Part shown: one piece after another, positions 30,339 to 39,663 of the stretch
How the letters are laid out: the number at the start of each line of letters is the position of its first letter
How positions within the stretch are numbered: the first letter of the stretch is position 1
DNA from: Bugula neritina
Lineage: Eukaryota > Animalia > Bryozoa
Assembly (NCBI GenBank): GCA_964035545.1
Contig: CAXIUT010000291.1
Coordinates: 15,463 to 79,462, forward strand
Direction: 5' to 3'
DNA: 64,000 bases
Translations under genes and position numbers: made by a program
Notes under the pieces: model-generated
Told to the model about the DNA's origin: nothing
Seen by the model: only the letters and a program-made list of their open reading frames with translations
Database searches by the model: none

Positions 30339-31280
30339 ATGAAGGACAACAGGCCGTTGAGGCATTAAAAACGATTGCACTGGAGACAGTAAAGGAACAG
30401 AAGCGGGCGCGGCGCTGGGTATATTTTTTAAGCTGTTTTTTGTGGCTTACCTGTTGGGCACGCTGTTTTTATTCTTCGGTTCGTTTGGTGGTAAGGGAGA
30501 GGCCACGACGATTGATGCGGATGAAATTACCGCGCTGGTGGATGTGAATGGTGTGATTATGGACGGGGCGGAGGCGAGTGCGGATATGCTGGTGCCCGGT
30601 TTACGTAAGGCATTTGAACATGAAAAAACCAAAGGTGTGATTATTCGGATCAATAGTCCCGGTGGTAGCCCGGTACAGGCTGGCTACATTAATGATGAAA
30701 TTCGTCGTCTGAAGGAAAAACATAAGGATATTCCGGTGTATGCGGTAGTGTCCGATATATGTGCTTCCGGTGGCTATTACATCGCGGTGGCGGCGGATGA
30801 GATTTATGCGGACAAGGCGAGCCTGGTTGGTTCTATTGGGGTGCGTATGGATAGCTTTGGCTTTACTGAGGCGATGAAGAAGTATGGGGTCGAGCGGCGA
30901 CTTTATACAGCGGGCGCGAATAAGGGCATGCTTGATCCGTTCCTGCCGGAGAATGATGCGCAGGTCGCGCATGTAGAAGATATGCTGGACGTTACCCATA
31001 GACAATTCATTAATGTGGTTAAAGAAGGCCGGGCGACCGGTTACAGGATGAGCCGGAAATCTTTAGTGGTCTGTTCTGGACAGGTGAGACGGCGGTTGAA
31101 CTCGGTTTAGTGGATGCTCTGGGGAGCGCAGGCCATGTGGCACGCGAAGTGATAAAGGCTGAGAAAATAGTCAATTTCACGGTGCAGAAAGACTTAATCC
31201 AGCGATTAGCGGATCGGGTAAGTGCGTCGCTGAAGGTGTTGATTGTGGGCGAGAGTGCGCCGCGCCCGGTTTTGTATTGA
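30335..31280 (+). CDS. S49 family peptidase (SppA-like), broken by two apparent single-base deletions
   Basis: RINSPGGS, CASGGYY, VGSIGV, K..LDPF; the frame is restored by adding one base near 30417 (TGGGT) and one near 31030 (CCGGGC). Confidence 0.88.
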
Positions 31281-31325
31281 TTTGTTGATTGATTCATTGC
31301 TGGATTCGTTTGGAAACCTATCGGT

Positions 31326-32546
31326 TTAAACCAGCCGCATGAGCAGTGTTTCGACGGGCACCTTTACGGGATGTGTTGCCGCAAAGCAATCAGCTTCTAC
31401 ATAAGGTTCATTCAACACCACCTGAAAGGCATGCGCTGCGCCGGTTTTTTGTTGGAACCAGCTGAGATGCTTACTCAGGCTTGCGCTGGCTGAGCTTTTT
31501 ACTTCCACCAGTAGCCAGGGTTGATTGTCTTTACTGATTAAAAAGTCGACTTCTTTCTGATCTTTCGTGCGTAGGTAGTGTAGCTGGTAATTGCCCCAGC
31601 CACTATCTGTCCACCAGTGTGTTGCTTTGAGTAAGTGGCTGGCGACCAGATTTTCATGGCGTGCGCCCGGGTCGTTAATTTGTGACCAATCCCATAAATA
31701 AACCTTGGGTTCCTTGCGCAGCGCGGTAGTGATATTTTGATACCAGGGGCGAATGCGAAAGCTGTAATAAAAACTGTCCAGTACTGTCATCCAGCGTCGG
31801 ATGGTATCTACACTGACATTGATGTGGTTAGCTAAGGTGCTATACCGTACAGTTTGACCACTTTGTTCGCGCAACAGGTTGGCCAATACATCCAGCTGGT
31901 CAATCGCCTGTATCTGGTTCATGTCGCGAATGTCTTCGTAGATAAGTTGTTGTTGGCGTAGTTGTTGCCAACGATTGTAAAAGCGGCTGTCGGCCTGTAC
32001 GAAGGGTTCGGGGAACCCGCCGAACTGTAATAATTGTTCCAGTGCGCCGGACGGTGGTTTTTTAGGTGCTTGTAAGAGTGTGTTGCGATCAAAGCCACCG
32101 CTGATTTCGCGCAGGCTGAGTGGATGCATGCGGTAGTGAAAGTAACGCCCCATTAAACTATCGCCGCCTTTGCGGAAAATGTCCATACGTGCGCTACCGG
32201 TGACCAGAAGTGCAAGTTGATTCTCATATAAATCAAACAGGCCTTTTAGGTAGTTCTTCCAATCGTGGTATTTGTGTAATTCATCAAAAACAGCAATGGT
32301 GCGCTGGTCTTTAAGTTTATGCACACCGAGCTGATTCAATAGTTCAGCGTCAGTACTGTTGTTGGTACTTTCCAGAATCCATTGTCGATGCTGGCGGTTG
32401 TCCCAATTATAGTAGTTACCCTTTTGTTGTGTGCTGACGGCACGTGCCATCGTGGTTTTGCCAACCTGGCGCGGGCCGGAAACAAACATCATTTGTCGTT
32501 GCTTTAACAGGTCGGTTTCGATGGTTTTGGTATAAAAGCGCTTCAT
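31326..32546 (-). CDS. AAA_14 ATPase with C-terminal DUF4143 (PD-(D/E)XK-like) domain
   Basis: GPRQVGKTT, FDELHK, VTGSA, GGFPEP, EVDFLI...LVEVK. Confidence 0.92.
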   Translation of the reverse strand: MKRFYTKTIETDLLKQRQMMFVSGPRQVGKTTMARAVSTQQKGNYYNWDNRQHRQWILESTNNSTDAELLNQLGVHKLKDQRTIAVFDELHKYHDWKNYLKGLFDLYENQLALLVTGSARMDIFRKGGDSLMGRYFHYRMHPLSLREISGGFDRNTLLQAPKKPPSGALEQLLQFGGFPEPFVQADSRFYNRWQQLRQQQLIYEDIRDMNQIQAIDQLDVLANLLREQSGQTVRYSTLANHINVSVDTIRRWMTVLDSFYYSFRIRPWYQNITTALRKEPKVYLWDWSQINDPGARHENLVASHLLKATHWWTDSGWGNYQLHYLRTKDQKEVDFLISKDNQPWLLVEVKSSASASLSKHLSWFQQKTGAAHAFQVVLNEPYVEADCFAATHPVKVPVETLLMRLV

Positions 32547-32576
32547 GGGTGGCCTGTGGTTATTGTTTCAATTAAT

Positions 32577-32646
32577 AACTATTTTACGATCCATCGTAAA
32601 AAATTCCGAACTATTTTACGATGGGCCGTAAAATAGTTCGGAATTT
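32577..32646. promoter_or_regulatory. Paired palindromes upstream of the first AAA_14 gene
   Basis: TTTTACGAT-CC-ATCGTAAAA and a perfect 20-bp-arm inverted repeat AAATTCCGAACTATTTTACG-N6-CGTAAAATAGTTCGGAATTT. Confidence 0.65.
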
Positions 32647-32684
32647 GGTGGTTTATTTTTCAGATTGTCAGTGTTAACACCGGC

Positions 32685-35600
32685 TCAAAGCTGCTCAGCC
32701 ACCTTTCGCGCTGTTGCAAAGTCTGTCTTCCCACTACCCAGCTTCGGCACCTCATCCATCAGGTGAATCGCCGCTGGTATCATCAGTGGATTCATCCCAC
32801 CATCAATCAGACGCCGCTTCACCGCTTTTGGATCGTGTTCGCCCGCCAGCAACAGAATCACCTTCTCACCTTTCTTCGCATCCGGTAGGTTAACCGCCAC
32901 GATTTCCAGCTCCGGGTCGTTCAATTGATCACGCACTTCCTGTTCTACTGCACTTAGGCTCACCATTTCGCCGCCCAGTTTGGCGAAGCGCGAATAGCGA
33001 TCCACAATAGTCAGGAAGCCATCTCTATCAATATGACCTTTGTCGCCCGACTTGTACCAACGCCGCCCATCCAATTCGACGATAACCTCAGCCGTCTTCT
33101 CCGGGTTATTCAGATAGCCCAGCATCACCTGTGGCCCGCCAATCAGAATCAGCCCGTCTTCACCGGTCGGCAGTTTTTCCAGCGTATCCGGATCAACAAT
33201 ACGGAAGCTGGTGCCGGGGACGGGTAGCCCAATCGTGCCCAGTCTGTTGGCGGGCTGGAATTTCCAGGTATCGGTTTCCAGCTGATCGGGGGCGTTAACC
33301 CCGGCTACCGGCGAGGTTTCGGTGGTGCCATAGCCTTCGAGGATCGGTTTGTTAAAGCGCTCCATAAATAATTGGCGGATGTCCTGCGGCAGCTTTTCTG
33401 CGCCCGCTACGATATAACGCAATGACTGCATCATTAGGGGGTGTACTTTTTTATTGCGGGCGTACAGGCGGAAGAAGGTGGCGGTGCCAAATAATACCGT
33501 GGCCTCGTATTTGGCCACGCCTTTGGCGATGGTAACCGCATCGGTTGGATCGGGGTGGCATACTACCGGCACACCTTCCGACAGGGGCAGTAAGACACCA
33601 GCCAGCAGGCCAAAGGCATGAAACGCAGGCAGCGTGCCCATAATCACATCATTTTCCAGCGTATTCAGCATGTCCGACACCTGGCGCGAATTCGTGGCCA
33701 GGTTGCGGTGTGAGAGCTGTACGCCTTTCGGTGCGCCCTCACTGCCACTGGAAAACAAAATGGCAGCTGTGCTTTCCATATCAACACGCCTGATATGCAA
33801 AGATTGCAGCAGAGCCGTTGGCATAATCACTACTTTCAGCAAAGTCAGCAGGCGTTGCGCTGCGCTAATGTCTTTACGCAGGTCTTCCAGATAAATCAGC
33901 GGTGTGTCCGGGTAAATTGCCGCAATATCAATATTGCGCTCCTTTAGCCGTTTCAGGAACAGGCGCGAGGTATAGATACGTTTAATCTCAGCCTGTTGTA
34001 CCGCACTCTGTAGTGCTTCGGTGCTGGCGGTATAATTCAGATTAACCACAGTTTTACCGAGCGAGAGTACCGCCATGTTGGTAATACAGCTGGCCACGCT
34101 GGTGGGTAACAAAAGGCCAATATTTTGTTCCGGGCTATGTTTTTTAATCAGTCCGGCGAAGAGCAGCGTGCCGGTGATAAAGCGGTTATTGCTTAATGGT
34201 TCGCCTTCTACATCGCTGGCCGCGAGGCGAAAACCATTGCGTTTGGCGGAGCGTAACCAGTTAACCGGCAGCGGGTCGAGTGTTTTCGAATAGGTTTCCC
34301 AGGAGCTGAAGGACAGGTCGAAAACCTGTTGTTTGAGGCGGTGGGCCGGGGTATCGGAGGGCAGTGTTTCTCCAAATGACACCATAATGTCACGCTTAAA
34401 GCCGGACTGGCGTGACTGGCGGAAGAAACCACTGGAGCGTGAGAAACGACTACCCCACAGGCCGTGTAGGTAGAAAGGGATAATAACTGCGTCAGTGCCT
34501 TTGACTGCGGTCTCGTAATCGTTACTAAAGGCGGAAAGCTGGCCGGTGCGGCTAATCGCACCTTCCGGGAACAGGCACACGGCCTCGCCGTTTTGCAGCA
34601 GTTCATTAATCTTTGCGCGCATTGCCTCCTTATTATCCGGGTTAATCCGGATAACATTAAGCATCTTCAACATCTGTTGCAGATACCAGCGCTCGTAATA
34701 GCCTTTTTCCACCACAAAATGCAGTTCACGCGGGAACGCCATTTGTACCAGCGCCCAGTCAATAAAGCTGATGTGGTTACCCATTAGCAGCATGCCACCT
34801 TCCGTTGGCAGGTTTTTAAAGCCCTGCACCTTGAGGCGGTAACGGGCTTTAAATAAACGACTGGCAACAAAGCGCAGAATCGACTGTGGCAGTTTAATAA
34901 TGGCGTAGATCGCGGTGGCGAATGCGACCAGAATCAGGAAGGCAAACATATACAGACTGTTAAAGCCGACTAGTGCCATCAAAATCGTCAGCCCCAGAAA
35001 GCTCAGCATCAGCACATTATTCAGCATATTGTATGACGCGAGGACACGGCCAAGGTGTTCTTTGGGCGCATGGTATTGCATCATCGCATTGAGCGGGATA
35101 ATGAACAGACCACCCATCACACCAAGTGCCATAAAGTTAACGGCCTGTAAAACCTTACTATCGAGCGAGGCCATTAGGATAAGGCAGATGGCAATACCGA
35201 TTGCGCCCACCGGCACCAATCCGGTTTCAATGTGATTGCGCGACAGGTAACCGGCGAGTAATGACCCGGTCATAATCCCTATGCCCGCGAAGGCCATAAT
35301 TCCCTGTAGCTCTGCTGTGCTGGTGATACCGAGGTGTTCTTTGGCGAAGGCGGGGTAGGTGGCGAGTACGACCTGTGAAATGGCCCAGAATATCGACACA
35401 CCCATAATGGTGAGCCAGATAATCTGGTGGTTCCAGACACGTTTTAAATTCGCTTTGGCGGTTTTGCCGGTGAGGTAGTCCTGGCGATCAAATGTAATGT
35501 CCGGGTTGGTGTCGCCGGTTTTTGGAATACGGTAAGCCTGCCACAATTCTAATAAGGTAAAGCCAACCAGTAACCAGCCGAGCGGGGCAACATTTTGCAG

Positions 35601-36131
35601 TACAGTGGATTTATCCGTCAGTGCGACGTCTTTCAGCATGCTTTCAAATAAGACTGAGAAGAAAAAGGTACTGATCAGGATCGAAATCATCGCGGTGGAC
35701 TGCGCCAGTGCGTTGCCCTGTGGCAGCTTAGTTTCACCAACCAGCTCGCGGATATAACCAATTTTTGCCGGGCCATAGAAGGCACTCTGCATCGCCAGTA
35801 GAAACGTCATGCCAAAGCCAAACCAAAACCAGCCCATGTAATAACTAAGCGTGATTAACAGCGTCAGAATGGTCGCGCCCCAGGCACTAAAGCGCATAAT
35901 CAGGTGTTTGGGGTATTTATCGGAGAGGTAACCCGCCGGAGTGAATAACATAATAAACGGGAGCAGAATCAACGCGTTCACTATCGCCGTTAAAACGATT
36001 TGTGTCGGACTATCGTAGATCTTGAAGATGGTATTCTGGATGATGATTTTGTGGCCGAGATCGACAAAAGCATTGAGGAATACAACGGTGATGAAGGCGA
36101 TAAAGCCCTGGATGCGTAACACCTGTAGCAT
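32685..36131 (-). CDS. aas: Acyl-[ACP]--phospholipid O-acyltransferase (MFS/LplT + PlsC + AMP-binding fusion, Aas-like)
   Basis: MFS TM helices; NHISFID and FPEG acyltransferase motifs; FSSGSEGAPKG, EGYGTTE, SGD adenylation motifs. Confidence 0.92.
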   Translation of the reverse strand: MLQVLRIQGFIAFITVVFLNAFVDLGHKIIIQNTIFKIYDSPTQIVLTAIVNALILLPFIMLFTPAGYLSDKYPKHLIMRFSAWGATILTLLITLSYYMGWFWFGFGMTFLLAMQSAFYGPAKIGYIRELVGETKLPQGNALAQSTAMISILISTFFFSVLFESMLKDVALTDKSTVLQNVAPLGWLLVGFTLLELWQAYRIPKTGDTNPDITFDRQDYLTGKTAKANLKRVWNHQIIWLTIMGVSIFWAISQVVLATYPAFAKEHLGITSTAELQGIMAFAGIGIMTGSLLAGYLSRNHIETGLVPVGAIGIAICLILMASLDSKVLQAVNFMALGVMGGLFIIPLNAMMQYHAPKEHLGRVLASYNMLNNVLMLSFLGLTILMALVGFNSLYMFAFLILVAFATAIYAIIKLPQSILRFVASRLFKARYRLKVQGFKNLPTEGGMLLMGNHISFIDWALVQMAFPRELHFVVEKGYYERWYLQQMLKMLNVIRINPDNKEAMRAKINELLQNGEAVCLFPEGAISRTGQLSAFSNDYETAVKGTDAVIIPFYLHGLWGSRFSRSSGFFRQSRQSGFKRDIMVSFGETLPSDTPAHRLKQQVFDLSFSSWETYSKTLDPLPVNWLRSAKRNGFRLAASDVEGEPLSNNRFITGTLLFAGLIKKHSPEQNIGLLLPTSVASCITNMAVLSLGKTVVNLNYTASTEALQSAVQQAEIKRIYTSRLFLKRLKERNIDIAAIYPDTPLIYLEDLRKDISAAQRLLTLLKVVIMPTALLQSLHIRRVDMESTAAILFSSGSEGAPKGVQLSHRNLATNSRQVSDMLNTLENDVIMGTLPAFHAFGLLAGVLLPLSEGVPVVCHPDPTDAVTIAKGVAKYEATVLFGTATFFRLYARNKKVHPLMMQSLRYIVAGAEKLPQDIRQLFMERFNKPILEGYGTTETSPVAGVNAPDQLETDTWKFQPANRLGTIGLPVPGTSFRIVDPDTLEKLPTGEDGLILIGGPQVMLGYLNNPEKTAEVIVELDGRRWYKSGDKGHIDRDGFLTIVDRYSRFAKLGGEMVSLSAVEQEVRDQLNDPELEIVAVNLPDAKKGEKVILLLAGEHDPKAVKRRLIDGGMNPLMIPAAIHLMDEVPKLGSGKTDFATARKVAEQL

Positions 36132-36341
36132 GATTTTCCTCCGGTTTTATTGGTTATAGCGCACAGTGGTGGCGCTGTTTTATTACTGTTGAAGTCGGAG
36201 ACTTCAATGCTTGTGGGGTGTATGCCCTACATAGCGAGTTAGTCTATGTGTCAAGATACGTGTTTTTGTGGGATTCGCCAAATTTTGTGGTGAGGTAGTG
36301 AAATACGGTACTGGTGGTAGCACAAAGACAGGTATTGTAGC

Positions 36342-36404
36342 TAAGATCAATTAATTGACTTTAGTTTTGTTGTTGCTATAGTTAAGGTCAACTAATTGAT
36401 CTTA
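36342..36404. promoter_or_regulatory. Paired palindromic boxes overlapping the promoter of the second AAA_14 gene
   Basis: TAAGATCAATTAATTGACTTTA (36342) and TAAGGTCAACTAATTGATCTTA (36383) are near reverse complements; TTGACT-N16-TATAGT lies across and between them. Confidence 0.7.
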
Positions 36405-36414
36405 TTGGCTCTCT

Positions 36415-37839
36415 ATGCTTTCAATATCCCCCAAAGAAATCGTAACCCGCTTATATTTTGATAATCCGTGGTGGGAGAGCGGTGCCGTGGAAGACCGGTA
36501 TCAACAGTACCCGAAGCGCTTTTATTTCGACCCTTTTTATCAGCTGGTTAAAGAGCGATCCATTAATAGGGCAGCTGTGTTGATGGGGCCAAGAAGGGTG
36601 GGCAAAACAGTTATGGTTTATCATGCCATTGACCAGTTAATTAGCGAAGGTATACCGCCGAAAAATATCCTGTATGTCTCACTGGAGACGCCGATCTATA
36701 CCGGTTTGTCGCTGGAAAAAATCATCAACATCTTCCAGGAGGTGTTCGCTCACCAAAGAGGGGACTCATTATTCATCGTCTTTGACGAAATTCAGTATCT
36801 TTCCGGTTGGGAAGTACATTTGAAGTCCCTGGTTGATTCTTATCCTTCTTATAAATACGTTGCGACCGGTTCTGCGGCGGCTGCCCTAAAGCTTAAAAGT
36901 GAGGAGTCGGGGGCCGGACGTTTTACGGATTTTCTACTCCCGCCCCTCACGTTCGCGGAGTACATTTTCTTTATTGAAAAACAGGAACTCTTTGTTTTAG
37001 ATGAAGAGCATGGTGGCTATGCTGCGGTTGATATTGAAGAGGCAAATCATGAGTTTATTAACTACCTTAACTATGGCGGCTACCCTGAGGCGGTATTCTC
37101 CAGTGTGATTCAGGGCGATAGCTCAAGGTACATCAAAAGCGATATTATTGATAAGGTGTTGTTGCGTGACTTGCCCAGCTTGTATGGCATAAATGATGTT
37201 CAGGAGTTGAATAAGCTATTTAATGTCATCGCATACAATACCGGTAACGAGATCTCACTGGATGCGCTGACGAAGTCTTCCGGCGTGTCGAAAAATACCA
37301 TCAAAAAGTATATGGAGTATCTGGAAGCTGCGTTTTTAATCAAAATTGTGAATCGCGTGGATGTTAACTCCCGTAAATTTAAACGAGCGACCACGTTTAA
37401 AGTTTATTTGACGAATCCCACGATGCGGGCGGCTTTGTTCGGGCCGGTGACCGGTGATCATGAAGCGATGGGCGTGTTGACTGAGACGGCGATTTTTAGT
37501 CAGTGGTTGCATAATCAACATCAAACTAATTTGCACTATGCCCGCTGGAACAGTGGGGAGGTTGATATGGTTTATGTGTCCGGTGCAAGTCAGCAGCCTG
37601 ACTGGTGCGTTGAGGTAAAGTGGTCAGACCTTCCCTGTACGGATGCAAGAAGGTTGAGGGGGATCCTCGACTTCGCACAAAAGAATAAGCTGTCAGAGGT
37701 GAAGGTGACAACGAAAACAATGCGTCAGAACAGTCTGATGGATGGCATAAAAGTAAGTTTTTGCCCCAGCGCAGTACATACCTATGCATTGGGTGCTCAT
37801 GTTCCGGGTAAAAGTGCTTTTGCAGCAGGGGCGATGTGA
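36415..37839 (+). CDS. AAA_14 ATPase with C-terminal DUF4143 domain
   Basis: NPWW, GPRRVGKT, FDEIQY, ATGSA, GGYPE, EVDMV...VEVKW. Confidence 0.92.
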   Translation: MLSISPKEIVTRLYFDNPWWESGAVEDRYQQYPKRFYFDPFYQLVKERSINRAAVLMGPRRVGKTVMVYHAIDQLISEGIPPKNILYVSLETPIYTGLSLEKIINIFQEVFAHQRGDSLFIVFDEIQYLSGWEVHLKSLVDSYPSYKYVATGSAAAALKLKSEESGAGRFTDFLLPPLTFAEYIFFIEKQELFVLDEEHGGYAAVDIEEANHEFINYLNYGGYPEAVFSSVIQGDSSRYIKSDIIDKVLLRDLPSLYGINDVQELNKLFNVIAYNTGNEISLDALTKSSGVSKNTIKKYMEYLEAAFLIKIVNRVDVNSRKFKRATTFKVYLTNPTMRAALFGPVTGDHEAMGVLTETAIFSQWLHNQHQTNLHYARWNSGEVDMVYVSGASQQPDWCVEVKWSDLPCTDARRLRGILDFAQKNKLSEVKVTTKTMRQNSLMDGIKVSFCPSAVHTYALGAHVPGKSAFAAGAM

Positions 37840-37929
37840 TTTAGCCCCCATGACACTACATGTTGTTTGCGCTTATCCGTTGGCACGGTGATAATTATCT
37901 GCCTCTAATAAATTAAGCTGAGGTGCCCC

Positions 37930-38691
37930 ATGTTTAAGCATATTCGCGAAGATGTCATGTGCGTCTTTGATCGCGATCCGGCGGCGCGCAATGTCCTTGA
38001 GATCATTACCACCAGTCCGGGTATCCACGCCATTATCTGGCACCGCCTTAATCACTGGCTGTGGGGTAAAGGCTTTAAGTGGCTGGCGCGTTTTCTATCC
38101 AATATTCCAAGGTGGTATACCGGGATTGAAATTCACCCCGGCGCGACTATCGGGCGGCGTTTCTTTATCGATCACGGGATGGGAATTGTGATCGGTGAGA
38201 CAGCGGAGATCGGCGATGATTGTTCCCTGTATCATGGCGTCACACTGGGTGGTACCAGCTGGCAGCCGGGTAAGCGCCACCCCACGCTAAAAAACAATGT
38301 GGTGGTAGGGGCCGGAGCTAAGGTATTAGGGCCGATTACCATTCACGATGGGGCGCGGGTCGGTTCTAATGCGGTGGTAGTGAAAGAGGTACCTAAAAAT
38401 ACCACGGTGGTCGGTGTGCCGGGCAAACAGGTGGTAAAGAAACCGGCTTTTGCAGATGAGCGACGCGAGGCGATGGCGGAAAAAATTGGCTTTGATGCCT
38501 ATGGTGCGACGCAGGATATGCCCGATCCGACGGCGAATGCGGTGAACCGGATGCTGGATCATATTCATTTGATGGAAGATCGGATGAATAAGATGTGCCA
38601 GGAGATTAATCGTCTGAATAGTGAGTTTGATGCCGGGCCGATGCCGAAGCTGGAAGCGGAACGTATTGTGTGCGAGGCGAGTGAACATTGA
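37930..38691 (+). CDS. cysE: Serine O-acetyltransferase
   Basis: [37 protein letters not shown]. Confidence 0.97.
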   Translation: MFKHIREDVMCVFDRDPAARNVLEIITTSPGIHAIIWHRLNHWLWGKGFKWLARFLSNIPRWYTGIEIHPGATIGRRFFIDHGMGIVIGETAEIGDDCSLYHGVTLGGTSWQPGKRHPTLKNNVVVGAGAKVLGPITIHDGARVGSNAVVVKEVPKNTTVVGVPGKQVVKKPAFADERREAMAEKIGFDAYGATQDMPDPTANAVNRMLDHIHLMEDRMNKMCQEINRLNSEFDAGPMPKLEAERIVCEASEH

Positions 38692-38769
38692 GAGCCGGGC
38701 GGTTTTGGGTTGGTAAATTAATAAATTAATGACTGGGTAATGGTTGAATTTACCCTGCTGGAGGATGTG

Positions 38770-39546
38770 ATGAGTGATACTGAATATACCCCACCGAAAG
38801 TTTGGGAGTGGAATGAAGCCAGTGGCGGAAAATGGGCAGGTGTGAATCGTCCGATTGCCGGGCCAACGCATGAGAAAACGCTACCGGTTGGCGCTAAGCC
38901 AATGCAGCTTTATTCATTAGGTACGCCCAATGGTATTAAGATTACAGTGATGTTGGAGGAGTTGCTGGCGTTGGGGAATGAGGGCGCTGCCTATGATCTG
39001 CATATCATCAATATTGGTAAGGGTGAGCAGTTTGGTTCGGACTTTGTGCGGCTGAATCCAAATTCAAAAATTCCGGTGCTGCTGGATACCTCGAATGCCC
39101 CCGATCAGGCTGTGTTTGAGTCCTGCGCTATTCTGAATTACCTGGCGGAGAAATTTGGTGCGTTCCTGCCGGAAAGCCCGGTTGAACGGACGGAATGTAT
39201 ATCATGGTTATTCTGGCAGGAGAGCAGTGCCTCGTTTCTCGGCGGTGGATTCGGCCACTTCTATAGCTATGCGCCGTATCCGATGGAATATCCGATTAAT
39301 CGCTATGCGATGGAAGCGAAGCGCCAGCTGGATGTGTTGGATCGGCATTTGGCGGAGCGGGATTATATGTGCGCCGGTGGTTATTCGATTGCTGATATTG
39401 CGATTTGGCCGTGGTATGGGCGTTTAGTGCTGGGTGAGATTTATGATGCGGCTGAGTTTCTTGATGTGGCGTCGTATAAAAATGTAGTGCGCTGGGCGCG
39501 GTCAATTGCGACCCGGCCAGCAGTTAAGGCCGGGGTGGCGGCTTAA
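38770..39546 (+). CDS. yghU: Glutathione-dependent disulfide-bond oxidoreductase (YghU-type GST)
   Basis: YTPPKVW, NRPIAG, LYSLGTPNG, NPNSKIP, GGGFGHFY. Confidence 0.92.
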   Translation: MSDTEYTPPKVWEWNEASGGKWAGVNRPIAGPTHEKTLPVGAKPMQLYSLGTPNGIKITVMLEELLALGNEGAAYDLHIINIGKGEQFGSDFVRLNPNSKIPVLLDTSNAPDQAVFESCAILNYLAEKFGAFLPESPVERTECISWLFWQESSASFLGGGFGHFYSYAPYPMEYPINRYAMEAKRQLDVLDRHLAERDYMCAGGYSIADIAIWPWYGRLVLGEIYDAAEFLDVASYKNVVRWARSIATRPAVKAGVAA

Positions 39547-39663
39547 GGTTAGCCTTTGCTCTCTTACCCCCACAGAGGGGGGAAGGGAGACAAGCGTTTT
39601 TAGTTTTGCAACACCCTCTCACAGAAGGTAGCTGTGGGCTTTGTGTATAAGCGCTAATAATCG

